17,241 nucleotides of DNA from Terrimicrobiaceae bacterium (lineage in GTDB: Bacteria; Verrucomicrobiota; Verrucomicrobiia; Chthoniobacterales; Terrimicrobiaceae). Every line of letters starts with the position of its first letter. Within the stretch, counting starts at the first letter, position 1. The DNA lies in the NCBI GenBank assembly GCA_044342325.1, contig JBIIPZ010000051.1, positions 1 through 17,241 on the forward strand, in the 5' to 3' direction. Shown here one piece after another: positions 1 to 8,497 of this stretch. The translations under genes and the position numbers were made by a program. The notes beneath the pieces are model-generated. The model saw only the letters and a program-made list of their open reading frames with translations. It was not told the origin of the DNA and made no database searches.

Positions 1-62
1 GAAACGCTGCAGAGCCGATGGTAGTGCTTCTATAGGTTGTGCGAGAGTAGGTCGTTGCCAGG
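1..62 (+). rRNA. rrf: 5S rRNA, 3' half (truncated by window start)
   Basis: GAAACGC..GCCGATGGTAGTG...GCGAGAGTAGGTCGTTGCCAGG matches the conserved 3' half of bacterial 5S rRNA; a strong terminator follows immediately. Confidence 0.93.
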
Positions 63-67
63 ATTAT

Positions 68-105
68 GCCCGGTGCTTTGGAAACAAAGCACCGGGCTTT
101 TTTTT
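68..105 (+). terminator. Rho-independent terminator of the rRNA operon
   Basis: Perfect 13-bp stem GCCCGGTGCTTTG (68-80) / CAAAGCACCGGGC (85-97), GAAA loop, T8 tract (98-105). Confidence 0.95.
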
Positions 106-520
106 CGTTTTTAAGTTTGCCCGCCGTTTTTGCATTCTACATGAGCTTGATCCGAGCCTTTGAGGTTGTGGATCACCAGACTGTCTTCCTGGCGCGGTTG
201 TTTTTTTAAGACTCTCAATCTCAGCGAACTGGGATCATCCGTACCAATCAGGGATATCCGTGGTCACTTTCTCTCCGCGTCTTCGCGCTTCTGTGAGAGT
301 CTCTCTGCCTGCACCGACGCCGCTGCGCGGCTGATTTTTGGGTCATGCGAGGACGATGACCCTCCCAAGTTTCGAATCGCGTGGTATCACGGGGCGCGCC
401 CGACAGCGTCTGGGATCGATGACGAGGTTTGTTTTCTTCGGTTGCTTCTGCGTCGGCAATTCGGCGCTCCTCCCGGCGCACCTACTGCACGGAGCATCTC
501 ATCCGCAGCGCGAGGGTGTG

Positions 521-1594
521 CTAAATCTTCACGGCTTGTCCGAGTTTTTCGGATTCGAAGCAGGCATCGAGCGCTTTTTGAATCTCGGCGCCACGGGCGA
601 AGTCGGGTTCGCCTTGTTTGCCGGTCTGGATGGCGGTGATGAAGCGTTCGTAGATGTTTGGCGTTTGCGGAGCTTTCAGCATTGTCCACTTGGCTTTGTG
701 GATGTCTTCGGCCAAGCAGACTTCGAGTTCGTTGTAGGATTTGTCGAGATCGAGTCGGAGTGCGCCTTTTGTGCCGTGGATGCGGAGATAAAGGGAATTG
801 GCATGGCCGGTCGCCCAGCGGGTTGTGTGGATGACCCCCAGGGCGCCGTTTGCATATTCGACCTGCATGAGAGCGGAGTCGTTCGCATCCAAGGGGTATT
901 CGCCCATGCGTTTGCCTTTGAGTTTGGCGAATGTTTTCAAACGGGCCTGAATGCTGCGGATCGGCCCGACCGGGAGTGATGCAAAATCCAGGATGTGGAC
1001 TCCGACATCACCGAGCACGCCTTTGCTGCCGTGTTTGCTGGAGAGCCGCCAGAGCCAGGCTGGCGTTGTTTTCCAGTCGCCCCAGATCTGAGTGGAGAGC
1101 CAACTTTGCAGGTAGCTGGCCTCGACATGGACGATCTCGCCGAGTTCTCCGTCGCGCACGAGTTGTGCCGCCTTTTGAAGCGCCGAGGAGTTGCGGTAGC
1201 TGAAGTTCACCATGTTGATGACACCCGCTTTCTTGGCCGCGCGGGCCATGCGAAGGGCATCGGCGTGGTTCGTGGCGAGCGGCTTCTCACAGAGGATGTG
1301 CTTGTCGGCGGCAATCGCCTGAAGCGAGAGCGGCGCGTGCAGGCTGTCGGGAGTCACATTCGAAATGGCATTCACTCCACCTTCCGCGAGGAGTTTCTTG
1401 AAGTCGGTGAATACCGCCGCCGATCCACCGTGCTTGGCGGCAAACTCGCCCGCCCGCTTGGCATCGACATCGCAGACGGCTGCAAGCTCGACGCCGGGAA
1501 TTTTCAGAAACTCTGTTGCATGGACATTCGCCATGCCTCCGGTTCCGACGATGCCGATCCGGATGTTTTTACGAGATGGTGATTTCTTTTTCAT
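521..1594 (-). CDS. Gfo/Idh/MocA-family NAD(P)-dependent oxidoreductase (ThuB-like)
   Basis: Rossmann IGIVGTGGMA, HILCEKPLA, GVLGDVGVHILD motifs; start overlaps the upstream thuA-like stop by 1 nt (TAATG). Confidence 0.93.
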   Translation of the reverse strand: MKKKSPSRKNIRIGIVGTGGMANVHATEFLKIPGVELAAVCDVDAKRAGEFAAKHGGSAAVFTDFKKLLAEGGVNAISNVTPDSLHAPLSLQAIAADKHILCEKPLATNHADALRMARAAKKAGVINMVNFSYRNSSALQKAAQLVRDGELGEIVHVEASYLQSWLSTQIWGDWKTTPAWLWRLSSKHGSKGVLGDVGVHILDFASLPVGPIRSIQARLKTFAKLKGKRMGEYPLDANDSALMQVEYANGALGVIHTTRWATGHANSLYLRIHGTKGALRLDLDKSYNELEVCLAEDIHKAKWTMLKAPQTPNIYERFITAIQTGKQGEPDFARGAEIQKALDACFESEKLGQAVKI

Positions 1595-2364
1595 TAGCGA
1601 TGGCCTTCGGTTGGGCGTTCAGCGGCTTCAGGGTCAATTGGGAGTGGTTCCAGCGGGGCGGAATTCGGGCAGGCATCCGGGATGCAGACCGTTGGCTTGG
1701 CCCAGTGGACAGCATTGGAAATGACGCGTTGAACCTGCTGGTGATGGTAGGTCGGATAGGTCTCGTGGCCTGGACGGAAATAAAACACGCGTCCATTGCC
1801 GCGCTGCCACGTCGCGCCGCTGCGAAAGACTTCGCCGCCGGTGAACCAGGAAATGAAAATCAATTCATCAGGCGTTGGAATACCGAAGGGCTCGCCATAC
1901 ATCTCCTCGGAGGGGATTTCGAAGTAATCGCCGATGCCTGCTGTGATGGGGTGGTGCGGAGCGATGTTCCAGATGCGTTCCTTGTCGGTAGATTCCCGCC
2001 ATTTCAGGGAGCAAGTCGTTCCCATGAGGGCTTTGAAGATTTTCGCGTAGTGACCTGAGTGGAGGACAATGAGCCCCATGCCCTCGAGCACACGCTGGCG
2101 GACACGGGCGACCACTTCGTCCGAAACCTCCCCATGCGCCATGTGGCCCCACCAGATCAAGACATCCGTCGCAGCCAAAACCTCGGTCGTGAGTCCATGT
2201 TCCGGCTGATCAAGCCAGGCGGTGGAAACCGACAAGTTTTTGTCCTGACGAAGAAAATCGGCAATCGTTTCATGCATGCCGTTCGGGTAGAGAGCAGCGA
2301 CTTTGGGGTTCTTCTTCTCGTGGCGGAATTCGCCCCAGACGAGTGTTTTGATGGAGGATGACAT
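1594..2364 (-). CDS. thuA: ThuA-family (trehalose utilization, class I GATase-like fold) protein; real start likely [12 protein letters not shown] at 2364
   Basis: [56 protein letters not shown] are ThuA signatures. The ORF extension to 2700 overlaps the divergent AraC gene and is rejected. Confidence 0.9.
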   Translation of the reverse strand: MSSSIKTLVWGEFRHEKKNPKVAALYPNGMHETIADFLRQDKNLSVSTAWLDQPEHGLTTEVLAATDVLIWWGHMAHGEVSDEVVARVRQRVLEGMGLIVLHSGHYAKIFKALMGTTCSLKWRESTDKERIWNIAPHHPITAGIGDYFEIPSEEMYGEPFGIPTPDELIFISWFTGGEVFRSGATWQRGNGRVFYFRPGHETYPTYHHQQVQRVISNAVHWAKPTVCIPDACPNSAPLEPLPIDPEAAERPTEGHR

Positions 2365-2438
2365 ATAGTTTTTCCGATGGTTGGTTTTGTGTTCTGCGGG
2401 AATGCACGCACAACATAGCCTTTTATTTACTTGAGATT

Positions 2439-2453
2439 TTGTGAGCGGCACAA
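2439..2453. promoter_or_regulatory. Palindromic operator-like site TTGTG-AGCGG-CACAA in the divergent thuA/araC intergenic region
   Basis: 5-bp inverted repeat with 5-nt spacer in the AT-rich intergenic stretch 2365-2498; resembles a LacI-family operator. Confidence 0.3.
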
Positions 2454-2498
2454 CCCGTTTGAATTGTAAAAAGACGACAAAAATATCAAGAATCCGAT

Positions 2499-3374
2499 AT
2501 GAGTGAAATGGCCATGCGCAGTCAGTTTTCCAATGAGCTGGAGCGATTGCGCAAGCGTATCGCAAAAGGCGGGGGCCGTTTATTTGTCCCCGAACCCATA
2601 GGCCTTCACACGCGCCGCCATGCATCCCATTTTCACACGACGCCGGAGTTTTTTCTCCAAACTGGCGGAGCCACAGACTTTGAGTGCCCAAGCGGATCAT
2701 TCCGTCTTCAGACCGGAGATGTATGCGTGATACCGGCAGGAGTGCCTCACGCGGAAACCCCCCTCGATCTTAAAACGCCATACGGAGTGATTGTGCTTAT
2801 GAATCATGCGGCAGGCTGCATGCTTTTGCGTGGATGGGCAGACGAGTCGCGGCGCATCCAGAGCGGCGACTTTCTCGCGTCTCCCCTTCCAATCAAAGCC
2901 TTCTCGTTCCTAGAGGAGGCTTCCAACCAGCATCGCCTACCCAAGAGCCTTCAACGAGGTTTCTCCACAGGGCTTGTGATGGCTTTTCTCGTCTCGGTGC
3001 TCAGTGGTCTGAACGCAGATGCCGCCCAGCAGGAAAGCACATCCTCTCCCTTGGTGGCGGAGGTCGAAAAAATCATTCGGGTTGAAATTTCCCGTTCTGA
3101 TCTGAGTGTGGCCACGCTTGCGGCCAGGGTCGGTTGCTCTGCGGACCATTTGACGCGCCGGTTCCGTGCGGAACGAGGCGTTGCGCTCAATGCCTGGATC
3201 ACGCGCGAGAGAATCGACCTCGCCTGCAACTTGCTCGAGAGGCCCGAACACAATGTAGCCGAAGTCGGATGGGCCTGCGGATTTTCAAGCCCCTCGTATT
3301 TCATCAGCGTTTTCACTCGGCACAAAAAAACCACCCCTCTCGCTTGGCGGCGAACGCGACAGCAAGGCAAATGA
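2499..3374 (+). CDS. AraC-family transcriptional regulator with N-terminal cupin domain
   Basis: Cupin [11 protein letters not shown]...IPAGVPHAE; double [19 protein letters not shown] and [20 protein letters not shown]...TP. Confidence 0.93.
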   Translation: MSEMAMRSQFSNELERLRKRIAKGGGRLFVPEPIGLHTRRHASHFHTTPEFFLQTGGATDFECPSGSFRLQTGDVCVIPAGVPHAETPLDLKTPYGVIVLMNHAAGCMLLRGWADESRRIQSGDFLASPLPIKAFSFLEEASNQHRLPKSLQRGFSTGLVMAFLVSVLSGLNADAAQQESTSSPLVAEVEKIIRVEISRSDLSVATLAARVGCSADHLTRRFRAERGVALNAWITRERIDLACNLLERPEHNVAEVGWACGFSSPSYFISVFTRHKKTTPLAWRRTRQQGK

Positions 3375-3480
3375 TGACCCGCAAAAACGCTGCGCGCAGT
3401 CACGCGGGCTTTTTAACGAATCACTCTGAAGTCCATCTTGGTTGGCGGCTTAGGAAATGAGGCGTGTGAGTCGGGGGCTG

Positions 3481-4440
3481 CTACTCGGAGAGGATGTGTT
3501 TTGGCCGTTTTTCATCCATGGGTGAGTCTGTCGCGGAATCGGGTAGTGGCACTGGACGGTCGGAGAGCGAGGGCACAGGCTGTTTGGCGGCTTCCGCGTT
3601 TGGATCGATTTCTTGGGCTCCTATGACTTGTATTACTCCGTCTGGGCCTTCGCGGAGGATCGGGCGCTTTACAATTTGGCTGTAGGTTTTGCGTTGAAGG
3701 ACTTCGCCGTTAAGCCCGATGTGTGAGTAGAGGAAGGCTTTTGGGGCGACATTCTGCAGGATATGAATTTGGTTCTTCTTATCGAGTAGGATTTCGGGCG
3801 AGCCGTAGGAAACAAGCCTTCCGAGGCGGTGAGTGCAGAAAACCGTGCCGCCCTTGGCATTTTCGATGCGGACATAGAGTTGAGTGCTGTTGGGCAGGCG
3901 GTGCGTGAGGACCGTGATGTTCCGTGTCTCTCCCGCTCCGGGCACTCCTTCGGGAACTCCGACGGTCTTTTGGAAAATCGAACGCCCATCCGTGATCTCG
4001 ATGTTGAGGGGAGGGGAGTTGAAGTAGCGCTTGAGCGTGGCGGCGTAGATGGCGGCGCGAATGCGGTAGCCGCCGAATTCCCCGATGGGGAAGAGCGGAG
4101 TGAGGTTCACGGTGCGGGTTAGCTTTTGACCTGCCTCCAAAACGAGTGGCTCGTTTGTGTAATTCAAGCTCCTTGGGGCGATTGGGCGGCCGTCCAAGGT
4201 CTCGATCTGGAATCCAAACCAATGGTTGCCGTCGGCATCATTGAGCGGCAGCGGGTTTCCGCTGAGGTTGGTCAGGCTCACAGTGATCAAAATCGGCTCG
4301 TAGCTGATGTAGAGCGTGCGCTTGAGCTTGATGTCCACCTGCAGCTGCGCAGAGGCGATCTGGATAAAGCCGAGGAGAGCGAGCCCAACAAGGAAAGGCC
4401 TCACCAAACAGAAACGGGCTTTTAGTTGTGAGCCGATCAT
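3481..4440 (-). CDS. Exported hypothetical protein (signal peptide, beta-rich body, Pro-rich tail)
   Basis: Long ORF with basic N-terminus, hydrophobic stretch and ASA-Q cleavage site; lies 30 nt downstream of the preceding co-oriented gene. Confidence 0.8.
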   Translation of the reverse strand: MIGSQLKARFCLVRPFLVGLALLGFIQIASAQLQVDIKLKRTLYISYEPILITVSLTNLSGNPLPLNDADGNHWFGFQIETLDGRPIAPRSLNYTNEPLVLEAGQKLTRTVNLTPLFPIGEFGGYRIRAAIYAATLKRYFNSPPLNIEITDGRSIFQKTVGVPEGVPGAGETRNITVLTHRLPNSTQLYVRIENAKGGTVFCTHRLGRLVSYGSPEILLDKKNQIHILQNVAPKAFLYSHIGLNGEVLQRKTYSQIVKRPILREGPDGVIQVIGAQEIDPNAEAAKQPVPSLSDRPVPLPDSATDSPMDEKRPKHILSE

Positions 4441-4470
4441 TCTCGGTGTCCTCTTCCGGTCGCTCAGGTC

Positions 4471-6798
4471 TTACTTCGCGTCCTCAGCGGTTCGGAAGCC
4501 TAGGGCATCGTCACTTTGGAATTCCGTGAGCTTTGTGCCGCGGCGAAGAACAGTGTTCTCATCCGCCGTCTTCCAGTTGCCGCCTCGGTAAACCGGAACC
4601 TTATCACCCGTGCGCTCCGCATCCTCGGCCCAGGTATCAGTCCACTCGGAGACATTGCCTGCCATGCCGTTGATTTCGAAACTGCTGATGTCTGTTTCCG
4701 GCTTGTTCACCGGGCTCCAGCGTTTGAAGCCATCATTCTGGGCCCCGACTTTGGGATCTGGATTCGGGGTGAAGTCGCTACCGGTGTTGGCGAGTTTGTT
4801 GTTGAAGTCATCGCCCCACGGATGTTTGAGGCCTTTGTCGCCACGGGCGGCGCGTTCCCATTCCTGCTCGGTGGGCAGGCGCTGGCCCTTCCACTTGGCG
4901 TAGGCATAGGCGTCATACCAATCCACGCCGAAAACCGGCGAGTCGAGGGAAAGTGGAACCTCTTGGTAGCGACCCCATCGCTTCGCTCTGTTGTAGTAAC
5001 CGGGGTTCGGCGGGGTGATCTCGGTCATGTCTGCCCAGCCGGCCGGGATATGGGATTTGCCGGGAGGTTGGTTGGGATGCGCGATCTTGGCTGCTTTGTC
5101 GGGATTCTCTTTGAGATCTTTCAAAAACGCGGCGTATTCGGAGATGGTGACCTCGAACTTGGAAATCTTGAAGGCCGGCACTTTCACGCTTTGGCCTTGA
5201 ATAGTGATGTCGCCCGCCGGGATTTCGATCATTTCTCCGAGGTCTTTGACTTGGACATCGTTTTTCGTGAATGCCCGGATGACGAAAAAGCAGGCGGCCA
5301 GCGTGAGCGTGAGAGAAATGGCGCTAAAGAGAATGACATTCTTGCGGCTCATTTTCTTCGACTCCTCAAGTGCGCGGGAGCGGCTGATGGTCTGTGACTG
5401 AATTTTTTCGGCATCGGCTGGAGCGGCCTTGGGCATGCGGCTTTCAGCAAGCTGGGCGATGGAGGCCCATGTGGTTTGTGCGGGGTCCGAGTTTTGAATT
5501 TCGGTCAGCGTTGATTGAGCGATGGCGGAGGATTTGTCCGCTGCCAGGAGCGGCAGCAAAAGACTCACGAGATTTTGAATTTCCTGCTGCTGGTCAATGG
5601 GCGCGGGCGCCTCCTTGCAGGCCAAATTCGACAAACGCGGTGCGCTGCCAGGCTTGAGGATGATATGGCGGGGAAGAAGCGTAACGCGGGCGATGCCTTG
5701 CTTGTCGAAGAAATCGAAAACCTCTCCCACCGACTTGATGATTTGTAGGGCCGTGGTCGTGTCGATTTTGCGGCCGTTCTCGATCATGTCCTCGAGGGTT
5801 GGAGCGGACATCGCTTCGTTTGAGTAGAATGCGATGCCCTCGTGCTCGCCGCTTTCGTAAACCGCCGTGACGAGCGTGTGAGTGACACTCGCCTTGGCGC
5901 GGGCGTCGTCCCTGAACTTGGCGGCTTTGTCTGGATCAGCCGCTGCCTCTGGTTTCAGGACTCGGAGAATGACATGTCGGCCGATATTTGTCTGCGTGGC
6001 ACGGTAGAAAGTTTCATTCTCCATGTCATGGATGCGGGCCTCGATGGAGAAGTGGCCGATCGTTTTTCCAACCATTTCATCCGGCGGAAGGTCAGGCTTG
6101 GGTTTGAGCGCGGGGGCTTGGGGAGCCGCAGCGGGCTTTGCCTGAGCTTTTGCGGCAGGTGCCGCACCTTTTGCCATGGGTTTAGCGGCTGGCTTTGCAG
6201 CAGCGGCCACAGCGCCGGCTTTCGGCTTGGCGGCAACGGTTGCTGGTTTCGGCGCGCCTGCGGCCTGAGGCTTGGCGGCAGCCGCAGCTGGCTTGGGTGC
6301 GCCGGCCGCTGCCGGTTTCGGAGCTGCCGCCGCAGCAGGCTTGAGCTGGGCAGCAGCTGGAGCTGGAGCTGGAGCTGGAGCTGGAGCTGGAGCTGGAGCT
6401 GGAGCTGGAGCTGGAGCTGGAGGCTCGACTGCTGCCGGAGATTCCTCGGCGATTCCCAATTCTGCGAGGGCTTGTTTCAGTGTCTCGGGAGTTATCGGCT
6501 GCGGCAGGAAGGGTGATCCTCCGAGGCGCTCCACATAGGGAGAGATGTCATGCTGGGAGGTGAAGATTGTTTTGAGGTCCGGCAGATAGGGGATCAGAGC
6601 ATCACGGAGGGAGAATCCATCCAGCGGCGCGAAATAGACCTCGGAGATCAGGAGGTCGCAGCCGCCGTTTGAGTTGATCCACTCGATGACGGCATCGGAG
6701 TCGGCAGCTAAGCCGGGAGCGGGTTTGCCGAGGGCAACGAGGGCCTCTGAGAGTGTGGAGGCGGTTCCGGAATCGCTGAGTGCTATGAGGGTTTTCAT
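4471..6798 (-). CDS. Multidomain membrane protein: atypical receiver domain, Pro/Ala linker, Ser/Thr pseudokinase, TM helix, SUMF1/FGE-sulfatase-fold domain
   Basis: Receiver-like DLLISE...LDGFSL...TIFTS...FLPQP; Hanks-kinase-like GKTIGHFSI...YRATQTNIGRHVILRVL...F..DARAKASVTH..VTAVYESGE; TM VILFSAISLTLTLAACFFVI; FGE motifs PVFGVDWYDAYAYAKW, RLPTEQEWERAARG, GNVSEWT, RGGNW, LGFR. Confidence 0.88.
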   Translation of the reverse strand: MKTLIALSDSGTASTLSEALVALGKPAPGLAADSDAVIEWINSNGGCDLLISEVYFAPLDGFSLRDALIPYLPDLKTIFTSQHDISPYVERLGGSPFLPQPITPETLKQALAELGIAEESPAAVEPPAPAPAPAPAPAPAPAPAPAPAAAQLKPAAAAAPKPAAAGAPKPAAAAAKPQAAGAPKPATVAAKPKAGAVAAAAKPAAKPMAKGAAPAAKAQAKPAAAPQAPALKPKPDLPPDEMVGKTIGHFSIEARIHDMENETFYRATQTNIGRHVILRVLKPEAAADPDKAAKFRDDARAKASVTHTLVTAVYESGEHEGIAFYSNEAMSAPTLEDMIENGRKIDTTTALQIIKSVGEVFDFFDKQGIARVTLLPRHIILKPGSAPRLSNLACKEAPAPIDQQQEIQNLVSLLLPLLAADKSSAIAQSTLTEIQNSDPAQTTWASIAQLAESRMPKAAPADAEKIQSQTISRSRALEESKKMSRKNVILFSAISLTLTLAACFFVIRAFTKNDVQVKDLGEMIEIPAGDITIQGQSVKVPAFKISKFEVTISEYAAFLKDLKENPDKAAKIAHPNQPPGKSHIPAGWADMTEITPPNPGYYNRAKRWGRYQEVPLSLDSPVFGVDWYDAYAYAKWKGQRLPTEQEWERAARGDKGLKHPWGDDFNNKLANTGSDFTPNPDPKVGAQNDGFKRWSPVNKPETDISSFEINGMAGNVSEWTDTWAEDAERTGDKVPVYRGGNWKTADENTVLRRGTKLTEFQSDDALGFRTAEDAK
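6355..6420. repeat. Perfect hexanucleotide tandem repeat (AGCTGG)11, encoding (Pro-Ala)11 on the minus strand
   Basis: Eleven identical AGCTGG units read directly from the sequence. Confidence 0.97.
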
Positions 6799-7799
6799 TA
6801 TGGCTGGCTGGAGAGGTAGAGTGGAAGTGGGTGATCGACAGCGAGCGCGCCCGGGTCGGCGCGCGTATCCTGCAGGTCGTTTTTGTAGTAAATCCCTACA
6901 ACATAACCGGCATAGGTGAAGTCAGATTTCGCGGGCGGTGTGTAGACGGCGTTCAGCAACTCAGGTTCGTTGTTGCTCCAATCCACCGGCGGGCTGATCC
7001 ACTCGGTGAGAACCTCTGAGTTGGTGAGTTGGATTTGCCCGGTCTGATCACGTTCATAAAAGAAAACATGGACTGCCATTTGGCGGGGGTCGATGGATTG
7101 GTTAGGCCTGGCTTTGATCGAAATGCGCAGGTTTTTTGACCCATTGGGAGCGTCACTCAAGCGGGTTTCAATAATTCCCAAGCTCGCGCCGGGTTGGAGT
7201 CCGAACTCATCGCGCACATCGGCTCCGGCTTCGCTGGCGACCACCGTAGGAACGGGCGTGCTTTCGGGGAGGCTGAGCATTCCGATTTTGCGTTGTGTCT
7301 GAGCACGGAGGTCGGTGGAAAGGCCCGGAAGTTCGAGGACTTTTTTATAGGATTCCGCCGCTGCCGGCATATCGCCCTTTTTCTCATGAAGACGCCCAAT
7401 GCGAAGCATCACTCCGGGGTCTCCTGGAAGAAGCCTGTCCGCCTCCTGGATTTTTGCCATGCCGGCATCGTAGTCGCCGATGCGGAATGCCTTGTCGGAA
7501 TCTTCCACCAGTCGGCGAATTTTTTCCATCAGAGCTTCATCAAGCTGTTCGCCTGCCGTGGTCGGGGGCGGCGTGCTTTGGGCCACTGGCTGAGGCGCAG
7601 GCGGCGTAGTCACCATCACAGGCGAGGCAGGCGCTGCTGTCATTTTTTTCACGATGTCCTTCTGAAGGAGCGGGGCGTAGTGCAAGGCGACGAGGGCGAT
7701 CTGAACCACCAGAAAGAGGCAGAGCAAACCAGTGGCAACCCGAAATGTCGGCCCGGCGGGCATGCGGGGAATGGGTGATTGGGTGGGTGACTGGCTCAT
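6798..7799 (-). CDS. Membrane-anchored TPR-containing protein with C-terminal beta-rich domain (start uncertain: 7817, 7799 or 7763)
   Basis: N-terminal TM (VATGLLCLFLVVQIALVAL), Pro-rich linker, TPR-like AFRIGDYDAGMAKIQEADRLLPGD / IGRLHEKKGDMPAAAESYKKVLEL; stop overlaps the next start (TAATG). Confidence 0.82.
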   Translation of the reverse strand: MSQSPTQSPIPRMPAGPTFRVATGLLCLFLVVQIALVALHYAPLLQKDIVKKMTAAPASPVMVTTPPAPQPVAQSTPPPTTAGEQLDEALMEKIRRLVEDSDKAFRIGDYDAGMAKIQEADRLLPGDPGVMLRIGRLHEKKGDMPAAAESYKKVLELPGLSTDLRAQTQRKIGMLSLPESTPVPTVVASEAGADVRDEFGLQPGASLGIIETRLSDAPNGSKNLRISIKARPNQSIDPRQMAVHVFFYERDQTGQIQLTNSEVLTEWISPPVDWSNNEPELLNAVYTPPAKSDFTYAGYVVGIYYKNDLQDTRADPGALAVDHPLPLYLSSQP

Positions 7800-7867
7800 G
7801 TCGGAATCACAATGCAAATACCCGCTCCCTACGAAAAATCAAAGTGCTATTCCGGCGGCGTGGCATC

Positions 7868-8497
7868 TCAGGGCCGTTGCGGGTTTGGTTTTTTGCGCAG
7901 CAAGCAAAGTGTTTCGCGGCCCTCTCGCTTACTATAGGTCGGAATCGCAGCGGTGGTCTCCAGCATTTCAAAGTCCTTACTGAAAAGCAGCGTCATCTCG
8001 CCCAGATCGCAGCGGAATGGCGGCGAGTGGGAATCGGGGTTTTCGGGATTTGTAAAAAATACCGCCAGCAGGAGGGCGCCGTCGCGCAGAGCTGCGGAAG
8101 CCGCCCGCACATAGTCGGCGCGGCGCTCCGGCTGGATGGCGCAAAGGCATGTGTGCTCGAAGAGGACATCAAACGCCCCAGCAGGCACGGCAGTCCCCGT
8201 CAAAAAATCTCCCTCTTGATAGCATTCGTTTCCTGCTTTCGGAAAACTGCTAGCCCTATGCAGGGCGGTTGGGGAGACATCAAGCCCCAGCACATACTTA
8301 GCCCCCTGCGCTGCGATGGCCCGCACATCGTGACCCGCTCCGCAACCGGGCACGAGCACTCGGCCGACGATGGGCAGTTTTTTCAGCCGTGCCAGGAGGG
8401 CAGGGTGCGCGCCGCCCTTGTCCCAGGGAGTGTCTCCCGTGACATAGCGGGCGTCCCAGTCAATGCCGACGCCAGCGTGTGCCGAGTGAGATGCCAT
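7868..8497 (-). CDS. TPMT / thiol-halide methyltransferase family SAM-dependent methyltransferase (start uncertain)
   Basis: DWDARY..GDTPWDKG, RVLVPGCGAGHD, GLDVS, FDVLFEHTCLCAIQPERRADY, PPF motifs. Confidence 0.88.
   Translation of the reverse strand: MASHSAHAGVGIDWDARYVTGDTPWDKGGAHPALLARLKKLPIVGRVLVPGCGAGHDVRAIAAQGAKYVLGLDVSPTALHRASSFPKAGNECYQEGDFLTGTAVPAGAFDVLFEHTCLCAIQPERRADYVRAASAALRDGALLLAVFFTNPENPDSHSPPFRCDLGEMTLLFSKDFEMLETTAAIPTYSKREGRETLCLLRKKPNPQRP

Noticed and set aside
2365..2700. N-terminal extension of the 1594..2700 ORF
   Set aside because: It overlaps the divergent AraC gene and promoter region; ThuA similarity begins only at Met 2364.
4471..4620. FGE/C-type-lectin-fold C-terminus as a diversity-generating retroelement target
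   Set aside because: No template repeat copy of this region and no reverse transcriptase are visible in the window.
6355..6420. CRISPR array
   Set aside because: Simple 6-nt tandem repeat without spacers, inside a CDS; no cas genes.
5842..6538. Plus-strand ORFs with (SW)n and (AG)n repeats
   Set aside because: These are antisense shadows of the Pro-Ala hexamer repeat in the real minus-strand gene.
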